DNA from: Gemmatales bacterium
GTDB lineage: Bacteria > Planctomycetota > Planctomycetia > Gemmatales > HRBIN36
Length of the DNA: 64,000 nt
Direction of reading: 5' to 3'
Assembly (NCBI GenBank): GCA_041640595.1
Contig: JBEPZY010000004.1
Span: 226,373-290,372, forward strand
A model generated the notes under the pieces. The model ran no database searches and was not told the origin of the DNA. It worked only from the letters and a program-made list of their open reading frames with translations. Position 1 is the first letter of the stretch. Each line of letters opens with the position of its first letter. Positions 50,889 through 60,185 of this stretch are shown here, piece after piece. A program made the translations under genes and the position numbers.

Positions 50889-53800
50889 TCACGGCTTGCG
50901 GAAAGTGGCGACCGAGGTTTCCAGCAGGGGCAAAGTGGCCCCGGCATAGCTGGGATGATCGACTATGAGAATGCCCAGGCCAAGCTGACCATCCGTGTGC
51001 TGGTAGTAATAACCGCGCAATTGTTCGCCCTTATCAGTAATGAATCGGCCAGCGACGCGGGCAAATAGCCGACCCTGGATCAGACCACGTTCGATGCTCT
51101 TGTCGAATTCCCAGCGTCCGCCATTGTTAGGAATTTTCGCCACCATGCCCTGCACAATCTCATCCAGGGACATGCCGGCTAATTGCGTGTCCAGAGGCGT
51201 CAGGCTCACCATCAGTGTCGGGGCGACTCCGACATCCTCGTGCGGTGGGCCGAAGCAGTTTACCATGATTTCGCTGCCCAGGCCAGGCTTACCTGTCTCG
51301 ATCTTGTAACCGCTTGGCGGACGGAAAGCGAAGGGGCCAACCTTGGTTTCCCCGGCCAGTTGTGCGGCGAGTGCGGGGTCGGGTTGCCAGGGATCGCGAC
51401 GTGAAACTGGCGGCGTTTTTTCCGCTGGCTTGGTTTTTTCCATCGGTTTAACGGAACCGGGAGCAGGTGATAGCAGTTCCTGGCGGGCCTCGACACGGGG
51501 AGCTACCGTGTCCAGAGACGGGAGGGTTTCTCCGCCAGCCATGGTGCACAACGCCTTGAACACTTCGGGCGAAATATTGCGTGTGATATATCGCACGCTG
51601 CCATCTGCCATAACCACGAAGGTTCCCGGCTTGCCACCGTGAGTTGGCGCCAGAAAACCGTAGGGGCGACCGACATCGTTACCGGCCAGGCTGGTGCCGC
51701 GCATGGTGGATCCGCCCCCCTGAATCCAGGGCCCAGCCAGACGCGAATCCACCTGAATCATCAAAATGGTGTTGCTGGTGCCGTCGCGGATTTCGTCCAG
51801 ACGGGTTGGTGGCCGATAGGCCGGATCGCCGAAAATTCCGGCTCGCGGATCGTCCTTGCGGTAGAAAGGAGCGTCCGGACCAACGCCCGCCATGCCGACA
51901 AAGTGCGACAATGCCACGCGCATTTCGCGACCACCAGCTTTGGCTTCGCCGAAATATGGGGGAGCTCCGGGATGCAAAAATTGCGGCACCAGCACACGAG
52001 CCGCTTTCAGGTTTTGCCCATCGTACCACGGTTTGCTGGGGTCGATCTGGGTGTAAAGCATGCGGTATCGGTCATCGTCGAAGTAAGGCAACAACTCACG
52101 CAGGAAGGAAACGCGTTCATCCAGGCGAAGGTTACCGCGACCGCCGAAGGATTCATCTCGTGCTATCAGAGCTCCGGGCGGGAAGCTTCGCCCATGCTGC
52201 TCCGGATAAGCTGCCGCTGCCCGTCCCAGATCGTGGATACGAAAACCGCGACCGTGTAATTGCATTTCCCCACGTGCGTAAACGAGCTGGTCTTCGAGTG
52301 CCTGCAGCAGTGGCGTGGTCGGTTGGGTCAGTGTCAGGCCCACCTGGACGTATTGGTCAACTTGCTGGACGTATATGCTGAGAATGGGTTTATCGGGGTC
52401 AATGGTCACCTGGTCTGCCGGTAAGGGCGATCCGCCCGAGCCCGGTGCAGGCTGCACGATTCCTCCATCCGTTCGAGGAGCGCCGCCCGGTCCGCCTGGA
52501 GCACTTCCGCCTCCGGGACCGCCGCCGATATTCGGTTGAATCGGTTTGATTCCACCTGGCCCGCCTGGAGCACTTCCGCCTCCGGGACCGCCGCCGATAT
52601 TCGGTTGAATCGGTTTGATTCCGCCCGGCCCGCCTGGAGCACTCCCACCTCCCGGACCGACATCCGATTCTCCAGGTGCACCGCCACCACCTCGCGGCAT
52701 CGGTTGCCCCATCGGCGCGGAGCTGCCCTCTCCGCCTGGGACGCCGCCCGGAAGAACGCCTCCGCCTCCCGGCACCTGACCGGTGCCGCCGGGCTGATCA
52801 CCGCCGATGTCGGCTGCCAGTTCCCTGTCCAGGTCATGCACCAGCACATTGGTGTCGAGGGCTTTGGCGATCGTTTGGCGAATCAGCGGGAGATTGATGC
52901 GAAGGACGGTGTTTTTGATTCGTTCGGCTGCGGAAACTTCCGGAGCGTGCAAGGCAACACTGACGGCCACGGGAGCATCCGGCAGCTGCACCAGCGCAAA
53001 GGCCAGACCGTCCACCTGAACCAGTTCGCGCGTGGCAAAGCTGAACGATTGCGGTAACCATTGCAGCCAGGCCTGGAGTCCGGCCAGCAAATCCCTGGAC
53101 TGTTTCTGCGTTCGCCATTCACCGTACAGCAGCGTGTACGGCCCTTCGCGGTCGATGCGATCCACTAAAAGCCGGAAATCGCGTGGCAGGGTCAGGAAAG
53201 TAGCGAATTCGGCAATGGGTGCGGTGGCGTCGGCATTCGATTCGACACCTGCGACACGCCATTGCAGCGTCGGCGGCTTCTCCAGCCAGGCCGCCAGCAA
53301 TTCTTCGTGAGCGATGACCAGGGTCTTGCGGTCGCCGGCCAGATGCACGGCTGCTTTTTCGCTCAGCGAAGCCAGTGGAAATCTGTCTCCCAGCAGTTCA
53401 TTCAGAAACCGCGCCCGCCCCAGATAGTACTCTTTCCCGGCGCGAGTCTGCCGGCTATCGGGCTGAATCCGCAGAGCTGACTGCACACGTTCCCAAACGA
53501 TCGGCGTCTTGCTGGTTACGATGATCATGCACTGCTGCCGGGTGGTCAAACCGGCCACGACCAGATCGTTGATTTGCCCCAATTCCACTCCGAGTTGTTG
53601 CTCAAAGTCCTGCGGTTGGAATCCGGCCTGGTCAAAAATCACCTGCTGGGCGAAACTTTTGAGCAATCGCTCGACTGGCAGATACAAAAAGATTTGCGTG
53701 TCATTGGGCAACAGATTGGTGGCATGGGCTCGCCAGTTTCCCAATCGGACAATGCGAGTCCGCCGGATCGCAGAAATGGCTTCGGCCAGTTCCCGGCGAA

Positions 53801-54509
53801 GTTCGGCATTGACCCGAACCCCGCTCATGGCCAGTTCCAGAACGCGCAGGATTGGTGCCGGGTCCTGCTCCTGCTTGGCCAGTTCCAGAGCTTTTTCCCG
53901 CAGTTTCTTGAGCAGTTCCTGGCGTTGCTGGGGCGGGGAATTGTGAAGCATGCGTACCACCTGGCTACGGAGCTTCTGCACCTCCTGTCCCTGAGCCGCG
54001 AGCAATTGTTCGATGAGCTTGTCGGTGTTCCCTCCCGGTTGATTCGCTCGGGGTTGCCCGCCCAGGTCGCCGCTTGGTTGTGGACCGCCTCCGCCGGGCT
54101 GCGCCGGTATATTCTGACCGGGAACGTTCGCCGGTGGAACAGGATTCTGCGGAACATCGCTGGCCTGCTCCTGCGAACCGCCCGACAGCAAAAGCACAAC
54201 AATCAGCACCACCCCCGCCACCACCAGCAAGCCGGCTCCGATGAAAATCATCAAGCGCACCTGGCTTTGCTCAGCGGACTTTTTGCCCTTCTTTTTCGGC
54301 TTGGGGGATTCGGCTTCGGCTTCAACTTCCTCTTTCTTCGCCTTTTTGGACTGCTTGCTGGCTTTGCCTGACGGCGATGTGTCCTGAACCAGCACTGCCT
54401 TCCGGCATTTGGGACAGGTGATTTTTTTGCCAATCAGCTCGCGGTTCTTGATGATGATCGTGCCCTGGCATTCCGGACAGGTTTGCCGGATTTCCGATGC
54501 CGACGACAT
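50889..54509 (-). CDS. Large membrane protein: zinc ribbon, TM, Gly/Pro linker, DUF1559-like domain
   Basis: CPEC..CPKC; TM helix; 23-aa Gly/Pro repeats; VSFLRELLPY, DGTSNTI, H-X10-ADGSV. Confidence 0.85.
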   Translation of the reverse strand: MSSASEIRQTCPECQGTIIIKNRELIGKKITCPKCRKAVLVQDTSPSGKASKQSKKAKKEEVEAEAESPKPKKKGKKSAEQSQVRLMIFIGAGLLVVAGVVLIVVLLLSGGSQEQASDVPQNPVPPANVPGQNIPAQPGGGGPQPSGDLGGQPRANQPGGNTDKLIEQLLAAQGQEVQKLRSQVVRMLHNSPPQQRQELLKKLREKALELAKQEQDPAPILRVLELAMSGVRVNAELRRELAEAISAIRRTRIVRLGNWRAHATNLLPNDTQIFLYLPVERLLKSFAQQVIFDQAGFQPQDFEQQLGVELGQINDLVVAGLTTRQQCMIIVTSKTPIVWERVQSALRIQPDSRQTRAGKEYYLGRARFLNELLGDRFPLASLSEKAAVHLAGDRKTLVIAHEELLAAWLEKPPTLQWRVAGVESNADATAPIAEFATFLTLPRDFRLLVDRIDREGPYTLLYGEWRTQKQSRDLLAGLQAWLQWLPQSFSFATRELVQVDGLAFALVQLPDAPVAVSVALHAPEVSAAERIKNTVLRINLPLIRQTIAKALDTNVLVHDLDRELAADIGGDQPGGTGQVPGGGGVLPGGVPGGEGSSAPMGQPMPRGGGGAPGESDVGPGGGSAPGGPGGIKPIQPNIGGGPGGGSAPGGPGGIKPIQPNIGGGPGGGSAPGGPGGAPRTDGGIVQPAPGSGGSPLPADQVTIDPDKPILSIYVQQVDQYVQVGLTLTQPTTPLLQALEDQLVYARGEMQLHGRGFRIHDLGRAAAAYPEQHGRSFPPGALIARDESFGGRGNLRLDERVSFLRELLPYFDDDRYRMLYTQIDPSKPWYDGQNLKAARVLVPQFLHPGAPPYFGEAKAGGREMRVALSHFVGMAGVGPDAPFYRKDDPRAGIFGDPAYRPPTRLDEIRDGTSNTILMIQVDSRLAGPWIQGGGSTMRGTSLAGNDVGRPYGFLAPTHGGKPGTFVVMADGSVRYITRNISPEVFKALCTMAGGETLPSLDTVAPRVEARQELLSPAPGSVKPMEKTKPAEKTPPVSRRDPWQPDPALAAQLAGETKVGPFAFRPPSGYKIETGKPGLGSEIMVNCFGPPHEDVGVAPTLMVSLTPLDTQLAGMSLDEIVQGMVAKIPNNGGRWEFDKSIERGLIQGRLFARVAGRFITDKGEQLRGYYYQHTDGQLGLGILIVDHPSYAGATLPLLETSVATFRKP

Positions 54510-54879
54510 GTTTTTTTCTCCCGCAACTCGGTTTGGCCTCAGACCAGCACCTACTCTTTATCATAATCCGAGTTGAGGCAATATCAAAGTGGCGGATTAA
54601 GGAATTCCCCGAGCGAGTCTGGCCAGAGACAAATCCGTTCTGCGGGGAGATTTTGTCAGGCCGGTCATGGGCATAGCGGAACGGGGTCGCGGCTGTTATG
54701 CAAAACCGCTCTAGCGTTCTTCGCCAATGGTTGCTATACGTTCGGGCCGACAAGCCTGCTCGAAGACGTGATTGACGACACTTCGCCGACGCCGACCGAT
54801 GGCGAAACTGCCATCGTGCCCACTCGCGGGGAGACGAGTCCCGGCGTCCAGGTTGCCAATCTCCTCAAGGAGACGACCG

Positions 54880-56634
54880 ATGCACGGTAAGCCAAACTGG
54901 GGTTTATTGGCCGCCACGGTGCTGGCAACTGCAATTGCCACCCTGGCTGTGCTGGAATACCTCCACCGCCATCCCGACTGTCGCCTGGGTCGCTGGTGGC
55001 ACAGCGCCCAGCAAACCGTTTCGCCCACCGAGCCGGCCACACCTCGGCTGCAACTTCGCGCCTGGCAAAGCAGCGACTCATCGCCCACCGCCGAACCCGA
55101 TTCGCCTCCCTCCATTCCGCCCGACATACTGCAACAAAGCCTGCGCGAATTGCGGTTGCTCGACCAGTTTGCCTCGGGGTCTGCGGCGTCGGAACCGGCT
55201 GTAGCATCCGCCCCGGCAGTGGATGAGTTTTGTCCGGAAAAAATACCTGTGCCGCCCCGCTGTGTCCTGGCTGATGCCGACACACCGCAGGAACGCATCG
55301 CCATTCCCGATGGCCGAACCCTGGCTCCTGTCGTGAGCGTCGAAACGCTCCCGGTTGCGCCCAAACCGGTGATTCCGGAAAACACGCCGGATGACCTCGA
55401 TGACGACACCGCCACACAAACCGAACCGGCTGACGACACACCAGGCGATCCGGAGCAATCCGAACCAGCTGAGGAAACAGTGCCGGCTTGTCGGCAAAGT
55501 TCCGCCTCGCCGACACACAAATTCTCGACCGGCGGTGCTCGCGTGGTTGCCGTAGCCAACGGCCCCTGCTGTACGGATGTGGATATCGTGGTCGAGGTGC
55601 GAAACCAGCTGAACAATTTCCTCAGCTGGCTCTGCGGTTGGTGCCAGCCTACGGAAGACACCTGTTGCCGCTCCACTTTCCACACCCGAGTATCGAAGAG
55701 CGGGGATTGTTGCTGCCGATGTGAGCAAGCGAAAAAGCAAACCGATTGCGATACCGGAGATTCACCCGTAAAACCACACCATGCCCGCAACTCTGAAGCA
55801 GACCAATCGGGCCAGAATTGCTCACACCGTGCAGCCTCGCCACCGGTTCAGCAGAAGCTGGTGCTTCGGATTTATCCCGTGGCTGATCTCGTTGAGTCAG
55901 CAGAGGACGGCCTCGATCTCGAAGCCCTGGTGGCGAAGCTGTTGGGTAGCCAGTGTTGCCCTGACACTCGACTCCATTATCCTTGCCCTACATACAGCCC
56001 GCGCGACGAAGAGGCTTGGGTGGCTTATCACAATGGTTGTCGAGCTCTGGTGGTGATGGAAACATGCGAAAATCACGGCAGGATCGCGGCATTCCTCAGC
56101 GAAATGCGTAAAGCCGCCCGGATTAAGAGTGAACTGGAGCGTGCGCGTCGCTGTCAGGAAGCATCGGAGTCCACGCGAGAACTACCCTGCCCCGTCGGCG
56201 AACCCGAACGTGTAATCGTTGTGCCGATCGTCCGGCCGGTCCTCGTGCCGGTAGCCGTGCCTGTACCCGTTGGGGTACCCGATACAGAATTGCCGCCGCC
56301 ACAATTTCGCGTTCCCGATCCAGGCTCCGAGGACGAACATTGCCCTGAATGTCCGGCCCGGCGATTCGTGCTGCCCACTACGCCAGAACAACTCCCGGAT
56401 TGCCAGGGCATGCCTGCGGAAATTCTGCCCATGCTTCGCCAGCTCTTTGAACAGTTGCGCGGCGCGATTCCCAACGTAACACCGGCATGCCCGCAGTACC
56501 CGAAGCGAAGTTCCTGCCCGTCCACGCTTCCGGTGTTGCCATCCGACCAGGAAGATGGCGAGGATGATTGTCCGCCATACGACGACGAAGACCTCCAGCC
56601 TCTCGAAACCGATCTCTCCCCACCGATCGGCTAA
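54880..56634 (+). CDS. Cys/Pro-rich membrane-anchored protein with a secretin N-domain-like segment
   Basis: AAGGAG RBS before ATG 54880; N-terminal TM; VLRIYPVADLV...ALVVMET.ENH.RI..FL.EMR. Confidence 0.65.
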   Translation: MHGKPNWGLLAATVLATAIATLAVLEYLHRHPDCRLGRWWHSAQQTVSPTEPATPRLQLRAWQSSDSSPTAEPDSPPSIPPDILQQSLRELRLLDQFASGSAASEPAVASAPAVDEFCPEKIPVPPRCVLADADTPQERIAIPDGRTLAPVVSVETLPVAPKPVIPENTPDDLDDDTATQTEPADDTPGDPEQSEPAEETVPACRQSSASPTHKFSTGGARVVAVANGPCCTDVDIVVEVRNQLNNFLSWLCGWCQPTEDTCCRSTFHTRVSKSGDCCCRCEQAKKQTDCDTGDSPVKPHHARNSEADQSGQNCSHRAASPPVQQKLVLRIYPVADLVESAEDGLDLEALVAKLLGSQCCPDTRLHYPCPTYSPRDEEAWVAYHNGCRALVVMETCENHGRIAAFLSEMRKAARIKSELERARRCQEASESTRELPCPVGEPERVIVVPIVRPVLVPVAVPVPVGVPDTELPPPQFRVPDPGSEDEHCPECPARRFVLPTTPEQLPDCQGMPAEILPMLRQLFEQLRGAIPNVTPACPQYPKRSSCPSTLPVLPSDQEDGEDDCPPYDDEDLQPLETDLSPPIG

Positions 56635-56823
56635 CCAGTTTGTCCGGGGTGTGCCGTCGGCTCATACGCGCTGCCTCTTGAAACCGAACTGTACGCAGTG
56701 GTCGCCTGACCAGCTCCAGGGATCGCCTAACAGGAGAACCATCGCAAAAACGGTATCCGTTTTGCCGTCCAACTCCCAGGCTGCGAACTCATCAGCAGCA
56801 TCCAGCCCGAGCCGCTAGCGCCA

Positions 56824-57235
56824 GATCAAGCACCGTCGCCATTAGATGGAAAGCAGCTCGCGTCCGATCAAGAGCGGCTAACGTCGGATCAAGATCGGCT
56901 GACCGCAGATTAGAAACGGTTCGCGTCAAATCAAGAGCGGGGGGCGTCAGCCCCCCGTGGTGTCGCACACGCTAGTGCACGTGCATTTCCAACACATTAC
57001 CGACAACGTTCGTACCACAGAACCATGGCGGGCTGACGCCCGCCGCTCCTGATTCGGTGGTCTGTTCGCCGAACATTATTCGCTCCGCTCTGCAGGCGCG
57101 ACCCGTTACCGAACCACGGCGGGCTGACGCCCGCCGCTCTTGATTCGGCGGTCGGTGTTCGCCGAACATTATTCGCTCCGCTCTGCAGGCGCGACCCGCT
57201 ACCAACCCACGGCGGGCTGACGGCAACCGCTCTTG
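56824..57235. repeat. REP/REPIN-like palindrome cluster 3 with a 21-bp periodic lead-in
   Basis: Inverted REP doublet 56932-57050 matches 23849-23969 in reverse; further copies at ~92-bp period. Confidence 0.9.
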
Positions 57236-57350
57236 TTTGTCGGTTCGGTTGTCGCTGAACGATGCTCGGTTCTCAACGTAGATATGGCAGACCTCTTAAG
57301 TTGCTTTTACGCCATCGGACAAACTTCCCGATTATCTGCCACCGGCCAAT

Positions 57351-57562
57351 GATCACTGGCCACCGAATTTCGCTCCGTTAGCGCGCAAACTTTGCCGATG
57401 TCCGATCACTGGTTCCAGATCACTGACGACCGAATTTCTCTCCGTCAGTAGGTGAACTCTCCCGATAGCCAGCCACCGGCCACCGATCACCGGCCACTGT
57501 TCACTGATCACCGGCCACTGTTCGCTGATCACCGGCCACTGTTCGCTGATCACCGGCCACTG
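57351..57562. repeat. 31-bp repeat pair (67-bp offset) followed by a 21-bp tandem (GATCACCGGCCACTGTTCGCT)n
   Basis: 57351/57418 blocks with a 36-bp insert; 3-4 tandem units at 57485-57562. Confidence 0.8.
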
Positions 57563-57600
57563 AAGGCTAGCTGGGCTGGTGTCCAGCCATCCGGCGCGTG

Positions 57601-58968
57601 TCAGATGCGGCGGAGGTGATAAATCACACGTTCGGCAAACTCGCTGCTCGATGCTCCTGCTTCCGGGCCGTAACCAGGATACTGCCGGGCGATGTCGTAA
57701 GTAACGTAAAGTTTTTGACCCGGTCCGCGTGCGGCAATCTCTTCGCTCTCGGCAAAGGTCATTTCCAATCCGCGATAGACCAGATTGGCTGCTTCGTGCC
57801 AGCCGAGGTGCTCTAACAGCAAGGCCCCGGAAAGGATGACGGCACTGGGATTGGCCATGTTTTTACCCGTGTATTTCGGCGCAGTACCGTGAGTGGCCTC
57901 GAACATAGCAGCCTGGTCGCCGATATTGGCTCCGGCTGCCAGTCCGATACCTCCCACCAGAGCCGCCACTGCGTCCGACAGGTAGTCGCCATTAAGATTC
58001 GGCGTGGCAATGACGCTATACTCATCCGGCCGGAGCTGGATTTGCTGAAACATGCTATCGGCAATGCGGTCGTTGACCAAAACCTTGCCCGCACGCTCAG
58101 CTCCGCGAGCGACTTCCTCTTCCGTAACCACAAAGGGGCGGAACTCGGTTACGGCCACCTCGTAACCCCAATCTTTGAAGGCTCCCTCGGTGAACTTCAT
58201 AATGTTGCCTTTGTGCACCAGCGTGACGCTCGGCAGTTTTTTGTCAATGGCGTAGCGGATGGCCATTCGCACCAGGCGTTTCGTACCTTCGGGGCTGATC
58301 GGTTTGATGCCGATACCAGCCGAGAGCGGAATGTTGTAGCCCAGCGAATTGATAAACTCGATCACCTTGCGGGCACGCTCCGTGCCACTCTTGAACTCGA
58401 TGCCACAATAAACATCCTCGGTGTTTTCGCGGAAAATGACCATGTTGACCTGGTGGGCCCGCTTATTGGGAGCCTCGATGCCTCGAAAATACCGCACCGG
58501 TCGCACACACGCATACAGGTCAAAGCGCATCCGCAGATAAACGTTGATACTGCGAAAACCTCCACCGATTGGCGTGGTGAGTGGCCCTTTGAGTCCGACG
58601 CGGTAATATTCGAAGGCCCGCAGCGTGTCATCCGGGAGGTAAAGTTTACGCTGATCCTCCTCGCTCAGATTGTTGACCTCTTCGTCGCGGACATGGGGAT
58701 AATAACGCTCCCGGGCAGAATCTCCCGCGTAAATGTCGAACCAGACGATGCGGCGCCGACCGGCATACGCATGTTCGACGGCCGCATCCAGAACCCGCAC
58801 CGCACAGGTGGTGATCCCCGGCACCGTGCCGACATCTTTCCCGATTCCATCACCACGGATCAGACACACAATCGGATCGTCCGGCACCTGCCAGCGTCCC
58901 TGAGCATCCACCTGAATGCGATTTCCCTGACTCGGCGGCGTCAATCGTTCGAAAGTTGGAACGCTCAT
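57601..58968 (-). CDS. icd: NADP-dependent isocitrate dehydrogenase
   Basis: GDGIG, KGPLTTPIGGGFRSINV, FRENTED, HKGNIMKFTEG, NLNGDYLSD, FEATHGTAPKY. Confidence 0.95.
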   Translation of the reverse strand: MSVPTFERLTPPSQGNRIQVDAQGRWQVPDDPIVCLIRGDGIGKDVGTVPGITTCAVRVLDAAVEHAYAGRRRIVWFDIYAGDSARERYYPHVRDEEVNNLSEEDQRKLYLPDDTLRAFEYYRVGLKGPLTTPIGGGFRSINVYLRMRFDLYACVRPVRYFRGIEAPNKRAHQVNMVIFRENTEDVYCGIEFKSGTERARKVIEFINSLGYNIPLSAGIGIKPISPEGTKRLVRMAIRYAIDKKLPSVTLVHKGNIMKFTEGAFKDWGYEVAVTEFRPFVVTEEEVARGAERAGKVLVNDRIADSMFQQIQLRPDEYSVIATPNLNGDYLSDAVAALVGGIGLAAGANIGDQAAMFEATHGTAPKYTGKNMANPSAVILSGALLLEHLGWHEAANLVYRGLEMTFAESEEIAARGPGQKLYVTYDIARQYPGYGPEAGASSSEFAERVIYHLRRI

Positions 58969-58978
58969 GATCGTTTGC

Positions 58979-59588
58979 CCCTTTGTCGCGGTTCTGCTTA
59001 GCGACGACCGGACAGAGCCACATCCCATCTTGGTAGCCGGGTCTGCTCAGCCCTTTGCCTGAAGTTCCGCTAAGCGACGACCGGACAGTCTATTGCACTA
59101 ATTTCCCTCCCCCTGTCAAGATAGCACCCGACAAGCCTGCCAGCACGTTGAGGAAAAGTACCGCGATTTCACCCGTTTCCCCAGCCTCATCTTCCAGTTC
59201 GATCCGACCGGCTGCCAGCACGTTCAGGAAAAGTACCGCGATTTCACCTCCCCGTGTCAAGATAGCACCCGGCAACCGGCAGTGCCCGGTAATTACCCTT
59301 CCGGTGATTCTTCTCCATTGCGCCAGCGTGGTGTTCCCCCCGAGCGCCAGACCGCTTATCCATGCGAATAGATCAACGCCATCCGGTAGAACCGGGCGCC
59401 AGACGAACCACATTTCGCAAACCACCGAAATCCTCACCGATAGTGGGGCTTCGATTGCAAGGCGCCAGACGAACCACATTTCGCAAACCACGGGCGACAC
59501 AATTAGCACAGTTGTGTTCCGAAGCTGTGGATGGAAAGGCTCGCCTCCTCCGTTGCCTGGCGACACGATTAGCACGGTGGCGTTCCGA
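58979..59588. repeat. Five direct-repeat pairs (offsets 73, 141 nested, 75, 66, 66)
   Basis: 58979/59051, 59101/59241, 59137/59212, 59395/59461, 59493/59559; each encloses a 35-38-bp unique insert. Confidence 0.9.
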
Positions 59589-59898
59589 GCTGACGCATCA
59601 CTGGGAAAGTTTGCCTAGTGACCATTTTGGGGACGAAAGCGGTGCGGCCGTGTTTTGGGCGAAACCCATTCCTGATGCCGTGCTGCCTGCCGCGGGCGAG
59701 AAGCATGGCAATGTTGCGTTCAGTTCGGTTGCGGCTGGAGATTGTCGCATGGCCGGCCGAGGGGCAAGTTGATTTCAGAATTTTCTGAACATATTGACGA
59801 ACTGCGTTGGGGTTGGTAAACTTGTCTGAGGATGCTGGACGCGGGTCGTTTTTCAACAACGAGACAGAAGCAGCAACGCTTCGAAATCGGCCAAGTGG

Positions 59899-60083
59899 AT
59901 GCACGGGGCTTGGCTGTATGGAAAGTGCGGCGGAGGGGCTGATCTGCACTACGCGGCCAGCCCATAGAAGTAATGCATGGGGCTTGGCTGTATGGAAAGT
60001 GCGGCGGCGGGGCTGATCTGCACTACGCGGCCAGCCCATAGAAGTAATGCACGGGGCTTGGCTTATCGAAAGTGCGGCGGAGG
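59899..60083. repeat. Tandem array, 74-bp period: 38-bp block x3 and identical 36-bp linker x2
   Basis: ATGCACGGGGCTTGGCTGTATGGAAAGTGCGGCGGAGG at 59899, 59973, 60047. Confidence 0.93.
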
Positions 60084-60185
60084 TCAGCTAGACCCGAACG
60101 GCGAAGCTGCCCAAGTGAATACGCTGGCACCTGGCTGGGCGAAGCGGGATGATCGCCGATTATCTTTGCCCAAAGGGGGATTGCC

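Noticed and set aside
52486..52660. Coding 69-bp repeat as a member of the 66/73-bp classes
   Set aside because: The period differs and Gly/Pro linker slippage explains it
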